From Gonapodya sp. JEL0774 (taxonomy: Eukaryota): 20,000 bases of DNA. The stretch covers positions 53,808 through 73,807 of the forward strand of contig JADIIX010000106.1 in assembly GCA_027604505.1 (NCBI GenBank), read 5' to 3'. Position numbers and translations under genes: made by a program. The notes under the pieces were generated by a model, which worked only from the letters and a program-made list of their open reading frames with translations, ran no database searches and was not told the origin of the DNA. Shown here piece after piece: positions 1 to 11,279 of the stretch. Position 1 is the first letter of the stretch. The number at the start of each line of letters is the position of its first letter.

Positions 1-105
1 GTCAGTCTTTCTTCCCTCCGGCCCTTTCTCAAGCTCTGTGCTTGAATCGTAATTGTTCCCCTCTCTGCTTCACCTGACCCCGTCGTTCCAATGCCGGCCA
101 ACCAG

Positions 106-1799
106 CGTCGGCCACATGGGCAGATTCGGCCACGAGTTCCTCGAGTTTGAGTTCAGGTCGGACGGGAAGCTGCGGTATGCCAACAACTCGAATTATAAGA
201 ACGACTCCATGATTCGGAAGGAGGGTGAGTGGTCGGTCACTCGGCCGCATATGAAGCAAGGGGACAGGTCACAGCCGGATATGAGCTCACGCTAAGCTCA
301 GGGCGGGGACGAGAAATGGTGGATGGAAAACAGGGGTTGGAGGGGAGCGTTTGAACGAGCGGGAGAGGTGAAGAAGCAACGTAACGTACCGTCGGGCCCA
401 CACGCCACGATTTCCTCAGACAAGGCGCATATCCGACTTTTGCGTGGCGACTCGGACCCAGCTGAATCCTCTCGGGCGCCAAACGGATCCCTAAGCCTCC
501 ACCGACCGAAGGGAGCATCAGCAAACAATTCGCAGATTGGAAGGACGGCAAAACCCACTGGGGACATGTGCATTCGTCACGAAAGAGGAGCAAAAGGAGG
601 ATCATTGGAGGATGGAGGGAAGCACACATCGGGACACGGGCTACCTAGGCGAACTGGGGAAGGAAACCTGTCGATTGAGCACAACGTGAAGCTCCCGTCA
701 ACGAACCGCACAGCACCACTCCTACTCAACATATTTGGGGGAAAGAGAAGCTGGGGAAGACTCACGACAATCGCAACCTGAGATTCGCACACACGCGACT
801 CCCATCAGGGTGATGACTCGTCTCTGTTGGGAATAACCCCCATTGGTCGTGCCTTCGACCACCGCCCCCCGCGTGCATGTCATTGGAGCTTTACCAGTTT
901 GATGTGCCTCTGTCCTCGTGGGCGTGACTCGTCTCGCGCCAAGGCACGCGATTATGAGCTTGGGTCCATCGTGCTCCCTCACTTGCACGGCATCGCACCA
1001 CATCCACCTCATATCTCGTCATGGACCCGGCCCTCGATGTCCCTGTTCAGTCTACGTTTCCCCCTCTGTCATGGCCGAACTCCGCCGCGTAGTGATGGAC
1101 AGTGAGATTATGAAGTACGTGTTCAGCTTCTTGTGGTGTCGTCGTGCTCTCGTGGACGTTCATGACGATCGAAACATCCCAACCTCCATCCCCTCCAATC
1201 GTACGCGTGACCTCAAACTTTGCGAATCTCTAATTCACCTCTAACCCTCGACCTCTGTTACCGCGTAACACCCCTCTTACCACAATCAGGGAGGACGACA
1301 AACTGTGGCCCATGCCCGACCGTGTGGGCCGGCAAGAACTCGAAGTGGTGCTGAACAACGAGCATATCTCCTTCACGGTAAGCTGTTGCTGGTGCTGACG
1401 GAAGAATCGAGGTACCTCTGGACATGTTGCCGAACGACACCGTCTCCCTTCAACCCCCTCCCTCTGCGCACTTGCACAAACACACACATTTTCCAACACC
1501 ATCTCTACGTCATCGCCACGACCACGACCACACATTCCCCCTACAGACGTCCAAAATCGGTTCCCTGGCTGACGTTCAGGATTCCAAAGACCCGGAAGGT
1601 CTGAGGGTCTTTTACTACCTCGTGCAAGACTTGAAGTGTCTGGTGTTTTCGCTCATCGCATTGCATTTCAAGGTGGGCTCTCTCCTCCACAGTTCTCTTG
1701 TCATGCTTCGCGTTTGTCACAGTGGAAAAATGTGATTCTCACTCCTGTGTCTTTGTGGGCGGTTCTGCTTCGTGTTGGATCCAGATCAAGCCCATTTAG
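106..1799 (+). CDS. mago: Mago nashi, exon junction complex core subunit (5' partial; first coding exon lies upstream of the window)
   Basis: Exons 106-224, 1051-1114, 1290-1377, 1547-1672 and 1785-1799, all with GT..AG. They splice to (Y)[136 protein letters not shown], the highly conserved Mago sequence. GTCAGT at position 1 may be the donor of the preceding intron. Confidence 0.97.
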
Positions 1800-2156
1800 A
1801 CCGGACACCTTCGATCTCTGGCTTGGTAATCGCAGCGTGTCTCTTTGCGAGATCAGTTGGAACTTGGGAGGGACTACTGCGAGTGACCCGATGTGAACGG
1901 GTGGTGGAATGCGGCATAGGAGGGGGAAGCTTCCGGTCGTGACAGACGGCGTGTTTGTTCATATACATGTAATACGTGCGTGTGTGTTGTTTTTTTTGGA
2001 CGAAGAAAAGATATTTGCATGCCGATTGGGTGATAATGGATCCGCGACGGTAGAAGTGATTCACACGCAGAAGGGTTGGTTGCCAGAGCGACAGCTTACT
2101 GGACGACACATTTTACCCCGTCTTGTTCATTCTAACTGCTGCAACTGCCGGAAACC

Positions 2157-4222
2157 ATGCTGTTACACGTTCAATCCGCCGCAGTGGCCGCACGCGCTTC
2201 TTGTTCCCTGGCCGCTGCCGCTGCCGTCCGTGTCGCTGGGACCCGCGCGAGCACCTCTGCCAGGACAACCCTGTCTTTGTCAGAGACGATGGGAGTTGGA
2301 ACATATCACACAGAAGCGAGAGTGCGGGCGCGGACGGTGACGCGCCCGGCGGCGGGGACACGAGTGGGATTGGAACCTGTCGTGCCCCGACGCTTTTCCT
2401 CACGGCCGGCCATCATGTTCGCTTCCGACTCTGCCGCTGCCGCTGCACGTCCACTTGAAAGCAATGTGTCTAGGGCAAGCGTTGCACCGCATGCTGAGGT
2501 GGCCGCCGGCGGGGAGACGGTAGAGGTGAGGTTTGAAGACGGGAGGAAGTCTCAGTTGTGAGTGTGTCGTAGTACGGGGGAGAATGAAATTAATTTAAGG
2601 TGAAATAGCTTTTAGCGTGGTTCGCAGAGGAGAGTTGGCGTTGCTGGGGAGATGGGAGGAGTGGGAACTGCTGAATTCAGTGGAGCTGACTGACTTGCTA
2701 CGAATTCAATGACACGGAGACAATGCCCATTTTCAGCGGGAAAGTGGATTTGCCGCGTTTGCCTGGGCACGAGAGTTGGTGCCAAAGAGCTGCTTACCTG
2801 GAATTCAATTGCAAAGCTGAGCATCTCCAACTCCCTCACCATCGCGGACCTCGATTTCTCACACGCAACCCCGTGCTCTTACACACGTCAAATATCTCTC
2901 TGAAGCCACACCATCTGGCTCCGTGACCACTGCCGATGTCCCCGCTGCTTTCACCCAAAGACAAAACAACGTCTCGTCCCCACCCACGCCATCCCTCTGG
3001 ACATTCAGCCGCTTTCCATTTCCGTCTCTAGCACTGCGACGTCTTCCACGAACCCGGCAACGCAAACTACATCCACCCTTCAACCATCTCTCCACGTCAC
3101 ATGGCCACCCCTCCAGGGAGTCGACCCAGCACCCCACACATCGACCTACCCCTTATCCTGGCTCGCCAACCACTCCTACCACCCTAAGCTCGAGCGTCCG
3201 CCAACCCGCCAACCCCGTCAGCGTACTCTATGGGGTGCCGAACTTTCATCCCTCATCGACTCCGGTCGGCTCTCTACTCCTTACAATTCCGTCATGTCCT
3301 CCGACGCCGGGCTCTCGTCTTGGCTTTCCACCATCGCCCACTACGGTATTGGATTCGTCGATGGGGTTCCCGTAACCATGGAGGACACAGAAAAGTTGGC
3401 AAGGAGGATCAGCCATCTGAGGGAGACGCATTACGGAGGCTTCTGGAGCTTCGAGGCGGATATGCAGCACGGTGACCTGGCCTATTCTACTGTGCAGTTG
3501 GGCGCGCACAATGATACCACGTACTTTACGGATCCGGTGGGGTGAGTTTGCATTGACCAGCGCACCCACCCAGGGCGACCAACTAAGGACCGTTCGCTGA
3601 CATGTCACTTCTCGCGTCTTCCTACAACACATCTTTACGGGTGATATTACTTTATCATTACATCTATTATGCTCTCACGCCCAGTCTCCAAATGTGGCAC
3701 CAACTCCTCCACACAGGCACCGGCGGCGCCTCCCTCTACGTCGACGGGTTCCACTGCGCCGAGCAGCTCCGTCAGCGGAATCCCGCCGCCTTTGCATCTC
3801 TTTCCCGCATCCCCGTGCGGGCTCACGCCGCCGGTGATGACGATGTTATCATGATACCTGAGACCCCCGCATCTGGGAACCCCGTCTTGGACGTGGATCC
3901 TCGCACGGGTGCCGTGAACCGAGTGCGGTACAACAATGATGACCGAAGCGCGCTCGACAGTCTTGACGATCCGGCAGATGTGCCCGAGTTTTATAGGGCT
4001 CTCAGGGCGTGGCACGATGTCGTGTCTTCACCGGAGAACGAGTGCTGGACACAGCTCAGACCCGGCAGGGTAGTGGTCGTGGATAACTCTAGAGTGATGC
4101 ATGGACGGGCGTCCTTTGTGGGAAGGAGAGTCATGTGCGGAGCGTATGTGGGTCGAGATGAGTTTTGGAGCAGGGTCAGGACTGTGGTGGAGGGTGGGAG
4201 AGTGCGGGAGGAAGGGATTTAA
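2157..4222 (+). CDS. Trimethyllysine dioxygenase / gamma-butyrobetaine hydroxylase family Fe(II)/2-oxoglutarate dioxygenase (carnitine biosynthesis), about 524 aa, probably mitochondrial
   Basis: Exons 2157-2557, 2906-3541 and 3685-4222. Ala/Arg/Ser-rich, acid-poor N-terminus resembling a presequence. Zn-binding WLRDHCRCPRCFH motif, RETHYGGFW, HxD iron ligands (AHNDTTYFTDPVGLQ), VDGF, RYNNDDR and DNSRVMHGR. RETHYG and HxDTTY favour TMLD over GBBH. Confidence 0.9.
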
Positions 4223-4330
4223 TCAAAGTGATCATTGACTTTATGCTATATGATGCTAGTTATTCGATCACGATCTTTCTATAGGTGGCGCGTCTATGTA
4301 GATTCGACTTTCCAACCCTTTAAACCACGA

Positions 4331-5584
4331 TCAAACCAATGAGAATTCCAAGCAGGCCAAAACTATTACCCCGTCCCACCACGTTTTCTTCCCGTCCTCT
4401 TTCCCTGCCCTCGGCGGGACGTTGTCGCGGGCAGAAATCTCCACAGGATCTGGCATCACTTTTGTACTTGACATGCGCTTCACCACTCGGTCAAAGAACT
4501 CCGCGGTGGGGCTGCTGGCACTGGCTGTGGAGAGGTGTCGAGGGGTGGGGCTAGGAGAAGCTACTGTTCGCCGGCGACCGAGAGCGAAGAGGCGGAGGGG
4601 TTGGCCGGCAAGATAGGGGTTGATGGAGAGTTTCAGACCGAGGTCGAGGTTGAAGGTGTTCAGATCCAGATAAGGAGCGTACTTTGGGAGGTGTGAATAT
4701 GAATGGTGTTTTAATAACACGGCGACACTGATATCCAATCACGCACGTACCAATTCACACGTGTAGATAGTATCCTGCTGCCACAGCCTCATAGCTCTAT
4801 TTGCAGAGTTCCTGAAATATCCCCGCCGTGCGCCACCATCCCCTACGGGCGGGACTTTGCCGCCTGTTTGATCCCACAGCAGAGTCATGTCCTCCTTGAC
4901 CTCGTCCTCGTCCCTCAATTCCCAGTGACCGAGCATGGCATCATCACTGGGCAGAGAAGTTCGAGAGACTCGTTGTGTGACTTTCTCAGTGTCGACAGTG
5001 AGATGACCTGAAGAGACAGCCGTTTCATCGCTGTGTCCAGTTCCTGTGGAGGCCGCCGAGGTGGGTTCAGGGGCTTTCGTGGAATTTATTGCGTGCAAGC
5101 CGCACGCTAAAGGGCTCAAAACCCAGGGAGTGGAGCATCCCAGATCGTGACGAATGGCTCCGTCGATGAGCTGTGCAGCTTTCAGCGCCATGCCAGCTCC
5201 CCAAGGCGGTTTGACTGGCTTATCAAACACTGCACCAAAAACAACTTCGCCTGCATCAAACTCTTGCGAGAAGCGGCCCTGAAGTACAAGAGAGAATCGG
5301 CGCTTCCGAGTGGGGGTAAAGTATGGTGACGTTGTAGGTGATGGAGTCGGCTGGTCACTAGGCGAAACACCCGCAAAGTCACGTATGCGTAGAAAGACAC
5401 GACCTGTAAAATGTTCTGACTAGTGTGTGCATGAGAAAATTTGGAACAAGCGTGTGAAGTGTTGGTTCCAAAGACTGCCCACCTGGATAAAGTGGGGTCT
5501 CGCAGCGTCGTTCACAACGGCAACCGTAAGATTCTCCGGATCTGGTCCTATCCTAACCTGAAGTTTTTCTTTTGTGGCAGGCAT
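4331..5584 (-). CDS. DUF1769-like fungal protein of unknown function, about 373 aa
   Basis: Exons 5584-5483, 5419-4751 and 4681-4331 keep frame: MPATKEKLQVRIGPD..VVND..HFIQ-SEHFTGRVFLRIRDFAG..YF..RKRRFSLVLQGRF..VVFGAVFDKP..IDG..PWVLSPL..RRGYF..YTCEL-YAPYLDLNTFNL..GQPLR. Family assigned from recalled motif pattern, not from a search. Confidence 0.75.
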
Positions 5585-5915
5585 GATGAGGTTTGGAACG
5601 ATGATTGCGCTTTTGGGAGTTCGCAGACTGTTCCTGTTGTCGTTTCCTCGACAAAGATCGAGAGGGCAGATGCAATGGAGAGATTGAAGAGGTATTTGAG
5701 ACGGAGCCAAAGATTTTGGAGAATTGAAATGCGGGATGATGGAAGAAGGGGCGATCGTTGTCGGAGTCCCCTCTGCGAAGGTGTCTTCGCAGCTCGCAGC
5801 GCACCAACGGAGTCTTATTTACACAAATATCACTAAAATTTCTTTTCACGTTGCTTATGCTCATGCTTTTAGTTGTGCTCTTTCCGCAGTGAGAACGTTC
5901 ATACAATTGTGCTCC

Positions 5916-7978
5916 TTATTGAAACAGCAGAGCACCCGCCACGTCCACATTTCCTCCCGCCGCCTGTAATGCCTGCAAAGCTTCGTCCCGACTTGCCCCA
6001 AGCGCCATGAGCGTGGATATGTTCTCCTCCGAGAACGGAGGACGAGCGGGAAGGGGAGGTGATGGGCGGGCGGGCAAAGCTGGTGCGGGAACTGGCGTGG
6101 ACGCTGTGGTTGCATGAGGTACTGGGTTCGGAGCGGCACCGAGGCGGTTTCCAGTGCCGGAAAAGGCTGTCGGAGCCGGGGAAGGGGAGGGATTGGAAGG
6201 GCCGGCGACGGTGGGACGTGCAGGTGGCACAGCGAGTGCTGGCGAAAAAATTTTGTGATTCAAGATCCTGTACTTCTCGAAAAAGATGAGTCTTGCGCTG
6301 CTTATCTCACCTGGCGTCGGGCCGCCTTGTGCGGCGGGCTCCTTCCCCTTGGTATCAACATCCACATCCATTTCCCCTGTTGCCTCGAGCCGCGCTTTTG
6401 CTGGCAGTTCGTGCTCTGCAAGGAAGGGAACCTCTTCATCGTAAATACGGAGAACGTTGGCGCGGAGGTCGATAACCGCTTGGTGCCGCTTGAGCATGTC
6501 CAGTCCGAAGAGGAGGTCGACGCCCTTGCCTTCCATAACTGTCAAGGCAGCAGAAAGGTAAAAAGAGGATCACAATAGAGAAAAGTATCGTTAGTCAATG
6601 AACATCGGAGATTCCCGAAATCAGACATGGCGTTGGGGCGTACGAACCGGTGAAGGAACACGTGAAAAACTTTTTCCCGACCTTGAATGGCGCGGAATGA
6701 ACCCTTCCAATAATCTTTGCTGTACCGACGCCCATAGCAACTCCTGCGAATCTCTTGTCTACGAGCCGCATGATGCCACAGGCCTCAGCACATTCTGGAG
6801 AGACTGGTTTCATTGGCGGTCAAAAAAGGTAAGACGGATCAGTAACCTTCAGTGCGACAAATCTCGTAACAATTGGTATCTACCAGTAGCAACTCACTGA
6901 TTGTCGCCTGAGCTCCCGAGTCCACAAAAGCCTTGACAGGCTTGCCATTCACCTCCACATCCACGTAAAGCATGACAACCCGTCCAAACGCCTCGGGGTT
7001 GTGCTCCATCGCCAGTTCCATGTTTTCTTGCACACGTTCAGCTCTAATGGCTTCTTCAATCTTCCGCTGGGCCTCGATGTCGAAGGGGTCTGCGGATGCG
7101 AGAGCGTCGAACTCGCGCTGTCGGCGGAGTTCCTCGGCTTTCCGCGCGCTGACACGACTGGCGAAGAGAGTGGCAAAAGTGGTGGGGTCGGCGAGGGTCG
7201 AGGCGAGTTCAGGGTCCCGCTAAGTAGTCAATGGAAATAATCAGGCCACTTTCAGTTGAAGTGGAATTGAAAGTAGCAACCAGAGAATGACTACCAGAAG
7301 TCGCACAAAGCGCTTCCATTTTATAATGTGTGTGTGTAATGAACAAATTGTGTGTTGATGGTGTTGAAGTTGAGTCCATCAATCCTGTTCCCCATCTGAA
7401 TTTGGACACCCTTTGGACACTTCACAACCCACGGTATGACTACAAACTCACTTGAGAAAGATTTCTTAGCATTTGAGGGTCTGCAAGAATCTGTTGTCTG
7501 ACTATCTCGGCTTCACTCGGCTGGTTTCCTGTTGGTGGGGCGCCCACAGCAGGCACTACCGGTCTCTGGTTCCTCGCCCTCACAACCAACAGAATGTCAT
7601 CCGCTGTAACGCCATGTTGTTGTAGCGTCATTTTGTCGTCCTTCAGCTCGCGTCCATTGTGAACAATGACCTGGGAAGTTGCGGGTATGGACAGTTCTGC
7701 CTCAACAATGGCTTTCAGGATTTCGAGCTGAACAACAGATGAAGACACGCAGGACCATGAGGAAAGCGAGAAATGGCACCAACAGGATGGCGTTTCCGAT
7801 GATCAAGGGATTCATTTGTGTCAATTTTACGTGAACCATGGAGTTCGAGACCAGCACAAGTTCGTTTGCAAACTCGTTTCACTCAAAGAGTTCGCGAATG
7901 AAATCTCACTTCTGTTGATAAATCGACCTCCACGGACGAGACATCTCCAGCTTCCGTCGTCAGCGAAATTCGAACCAT
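5916..7978 (-). CDS. DDI1: DNA damage-inducible protein 1 (UBL, helical domain, retroviral-like aspartic protease, UBA), about 457 aa
   Basis: Exons 7978-7910, 7727-7452, 7219-6898, 6803-6648, 6538-6311 and 6238-5916. Contains [27 protein letters not shown], catalytic [41 protein letters not shown] and a C-terminal UBA ([30 protein letters not shown]). Confidence 0.96.
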
Positions 7979-8491
7979 AGTGAGGGACCACCACACAGGC
8001 TCTAATTACAAACAGTTGGCAAGCTCGATGTTCAGTGCATGCACTGGAATAATTAATATGTTGGACACACTTACGACAACACTTACGCAACCACAAGAGT
8101 CCAAAAAGCCTGCAGCATTCCATTCGTTTCCATTAGTTACAATGCTTCTCTGCTCATCTGATAGCTTGAGGTTTTGCATTCCCCGCTACACCTTTAGTTC
8201 CCGCGTCAGCAGATCTCCTCGTTTCCCCTCTTTTTGTCTCTTTCTCTCCTGCAAACATTGTCGATCTCTTTTGCGAAATACGACGGAGCGCTATCACTCT
8301 CCATGAGAACGTTCCCAGTCGGCGGTTCCAAGAAGGTCAGAGTCATGTTTTTCGATTCCGTACATCAATTTCATGGGAATTGGCGTTGCAAAACTCAGTT
8401 TTGAATTTATTTTCTATCTCAACGCAATCTCCAATTATTATTGTTAGTCATAAGATTTTCCCTCATATGGTCGGCAAACCTTTTCCGATCC

Positions 8492-8497
8492 TATAAA
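8492..8497 (+). promoter_or_regulatory. Candidate TATA box of the BVMO gene
   Basis: TATAAA about 50 nt upstream of the ATG at 8548, inside the 569-nt divergent DDI1/BVMO intergenic region. Confidence 0.4.
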
Positions 8498-8547
8498 GCA
8501 CCAACTTCCTTGTCGATTCGTCCACCGATTCCGATCTAAAGACTCCA

Positions 8548-11111
8548 ATGTCCACATCCGATATCTGGAAGTTCGATTTCGACCCTGTAAAGGTGGGCGA
8601 CACCGTTCAATACGCCAATCGAATGGTCAAGGATCGCCGTTGTTCATCATTTCTCGTTTCCGACATAGCTCAAGGATAAGTACCTGTACGAGCGCGATCG
8701 ACGACTAAGAAATGATCATGGAGCGCAATACATTACGATTGGCGAGGGCAAAGGTGCTAAATACGCCCCATGGCTGACGGACCCGTGGGCGCCAAGAAGA
8801 GAGCGGGCACCCATGGATATCAAAACAACAGTAGTCTTGGTGAGTTGATGAAATGCTTTGTGCTCAGGATGTACCTCAGATGCAATTATTTTAGGTCGGA
8901 AGTGGCTTCTCGGGTATCCAGATGGGCGCAAAACTCAAAACCGCCGGAATCTCTGATTTCAAAATCATTGATCGCGCATCCGACTTTGGCGGCACTTGGT
9001 ACTGGAACAGATACCCCGGTGCAGCATGTGACTCCGAGGCGTACTGCTATCTCCCACTCCTTGAAGAGACCGGATACATGCCTTCGATGAAATATGCGAC
9101 TGGTAGTGAGATTTTGCAGGTAAACGCTGCTCTAAAAGTGCAAGTAACCAGAAAAAAGTTTCCCGATTTGACCAAAACATTTGTTAACCTGTTCAGCACT
9201 GTTGGCGCATGGCCAAGCACTTCGGTCTGTACGAACATGCAGTTTTCCAAACGGGGATCAAGGAATTCCGATGGGATGATTCTGCGAAGGTACATACTTG
9301 CTCCCAAAACTTGCTCTTGCCTTCACGTAACACAATCGACAAACGAACCCATAGGTGTGGAGGGGCTTCACCGACCGCGGAGACAAAGTTGCTGCTCGCT
9401 ACTTGGTTACATGCGGAGGACCCATCAACCAGTGAGAGACCTCGCCCACTTTGCTCTCATTGATATCCGTTTCCGATTTTGTCATCTCTCCAGCCCGCAC
9501 CTTCCCGACGTTGAGGGTATCGGATCTTTCAAAGGACACGAGTTTCACACCGCTCGATGGGATTACGCGTACACTGGTGGTAATCCTTTGACCAACGACT
9601 TCAACATGCATGGCCTCAAAGATAAGCGAGTGGCGATTATCGGTTGGTGTGCTACCTACCTCTGGCGACAGATTGGATTCACCTGTCTTCGACCATCTGA
9701 CGCTCGCCTATTCTTTACTTTCAAAAGGAACCGGCGCTACCGCCGTCCAATGCATTCCGTTTATTGGCGCATCAGCTGGGAAGCTGTACGTGTTCCAGAG
9801 GACCCCGTCAGCTGTCGATGTTCGCAACAACCGCCCGACGGACCCCAACTGGTGGAAGAGTCTTAAGCCAGGTTGGCAAGCAGTGAGCATCGTAGATCTC
9901 ATTTCAAATCCTGTACTTTTCACTCACTGCCTAACCATCGTATATAGAAACGGGACTTTGACTTCCAGCTTCTCGGAGCGGGAGGCGATCCAGAAACTCC
10001 ACTCGACGACGGCTTCAGCGAGTCGCTTAAGTCGTTTTTGTCGCTTGTGAAGCACCAGATGCGAACCGGTGAGGGTACACAGTACTCCACCCCTGAACTG
10101 TTGCAGCTAGCGGACTTCCGGCATATGGAGAGGATCAGGCGGAGGTGCGATGAGATCGTCAAGGACAAGAAAACAGCGGAAGCACTCAAGCCTTATTGTA
10201 TGCTTTGGACTACTGAAGTTTTCGCGACGATCTTGTACGCTAACCCGTTGTTTCTTGCAGACAATCTCTACTGCAAACGACCAGTTTACTCGGACACCTA
10301 CCTTCCCACGTTCAACCGGCCCAACGTCGAGCTTGTTGATGTTTCTCAGTACAAGGGTATTGACAAGATCACGCCAAACGGTATGTCCTAGTTGAAGGTC
10401 GCCCTCGTCATTCACATGACATTCAACACCGTCCCTTTAAAAGGTATTGTCGTCGGCGGAAAAGAGTTTGAGGTTGACTGCATCATCTGGTCGACCGGAT
10501 TCACTCTCTCGGCACGCGAGTCCCACCACGACTATAAAGTTCTGGGACGAAGTGGTCTGACATGGATGGAGAAGTGCGACAAGAACGGAGGATTCGCGTC
10601 CCTTTACGGGATGTGTACTTCAGACTTCCCCAACTACTGGAACTTTGGTAACTTCCAAGCAGCCGTCAGTGTAAATTTCCCGTCGATTTACAACGACGAA
10701 GCGTAAGTTGCCAAGTGTTCTCTTTGTGTCATCTTTCGGCCAATGACCCTTTCCCCCCCTCCCGCCGCACACCCCCACCCCCTTCCCCACCCCAGCATCT
10801 TCATCGCGCACGTCATCACCGAAGGTATCAAGCGCAATATTGAGACTATGGAGGTTACTCGAGAGGCCGAAGAAGCATGGACGCAAGAAATCTTGAAGGC
10901 GAGCATAGCCAATCCCGACTTCTCTGAAAATTGCACTCCAGGATACTACAATGCCGAGGGTGATATCAATTTGCTCAAGTCTTCGAACCGCCTGCAGCCA
11001 TATGGCGCTGGGCCTCTTGCGTACCGTCAGAAGATCTACGACTATGTTCAAAGCGGCAAGCTTGAAGGGTTCGCCGTAAAGCACTTGGATGCACCCCAAG
11101 CTCGCATTTAA
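8548..11111 (+). CDS. Type I Baeyer-Villiger monooxygenase (FAD/NADPH), CPDMO/PntE-like subgroup, about 619 aa
   Basis: Eleven exons: 8548-8592, 8669-8839, 8895-9119, 9197-9289, 9355-9431, 9494-9642, 9728-9882, 9948-10197, 10261-10380, 10444-10702, 10796-11111. Motifs: VGSGFSG (Rossmann 1), [16 protein letters not shown], fingerprint [23 protein letters not shown] (Rossmann 2), FQRTPS, CKRP, STGF and [10 protein letters not shown]. Confidence 0.93.
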
Positions 11112-11279
11112 TTATTGTTTGGCAATTGGAGGAAACATATGTAGTGCAATATCAACGGTAGTTTGTCCAGTATTACTGTTTTCACCATTGATATTCTCTA
11201 TTGGAATTACGGTGCAAATATTTATAATAGTGAATGAAAATTTTCAGACCAATCTTCCCTTTTCAGCACCTCTCTTTTT

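Noticed and set aside
323..781. 152-aa ORF inside the mago intron
   Set aside because: No recognisable domain, and such ORFs are expected by chance at this GC content. A poison exon cannot be excluded without RNA data.
810..816. Box C-like GTGATGA in the long mago intron
   Set aside because: No downstream box D (CTGA) occurs in the rest of the intron, so a C/D snoRNA is unsupported.
1241..1248. CTAACCCT, resembling a telomerase template or telomeric repeat
   Set aside because: A single short copy inside a mago intron, better explained as a CTAAC branch-point-like sequence.
1594..1605. GGAAGGTCTGAG, resembling the eukaryotic RNase P RNA CR-I motif
   Set aside because: It lies inside the conserved Mago coding exon (PEGLR), and I saw no matching CR-V partner.
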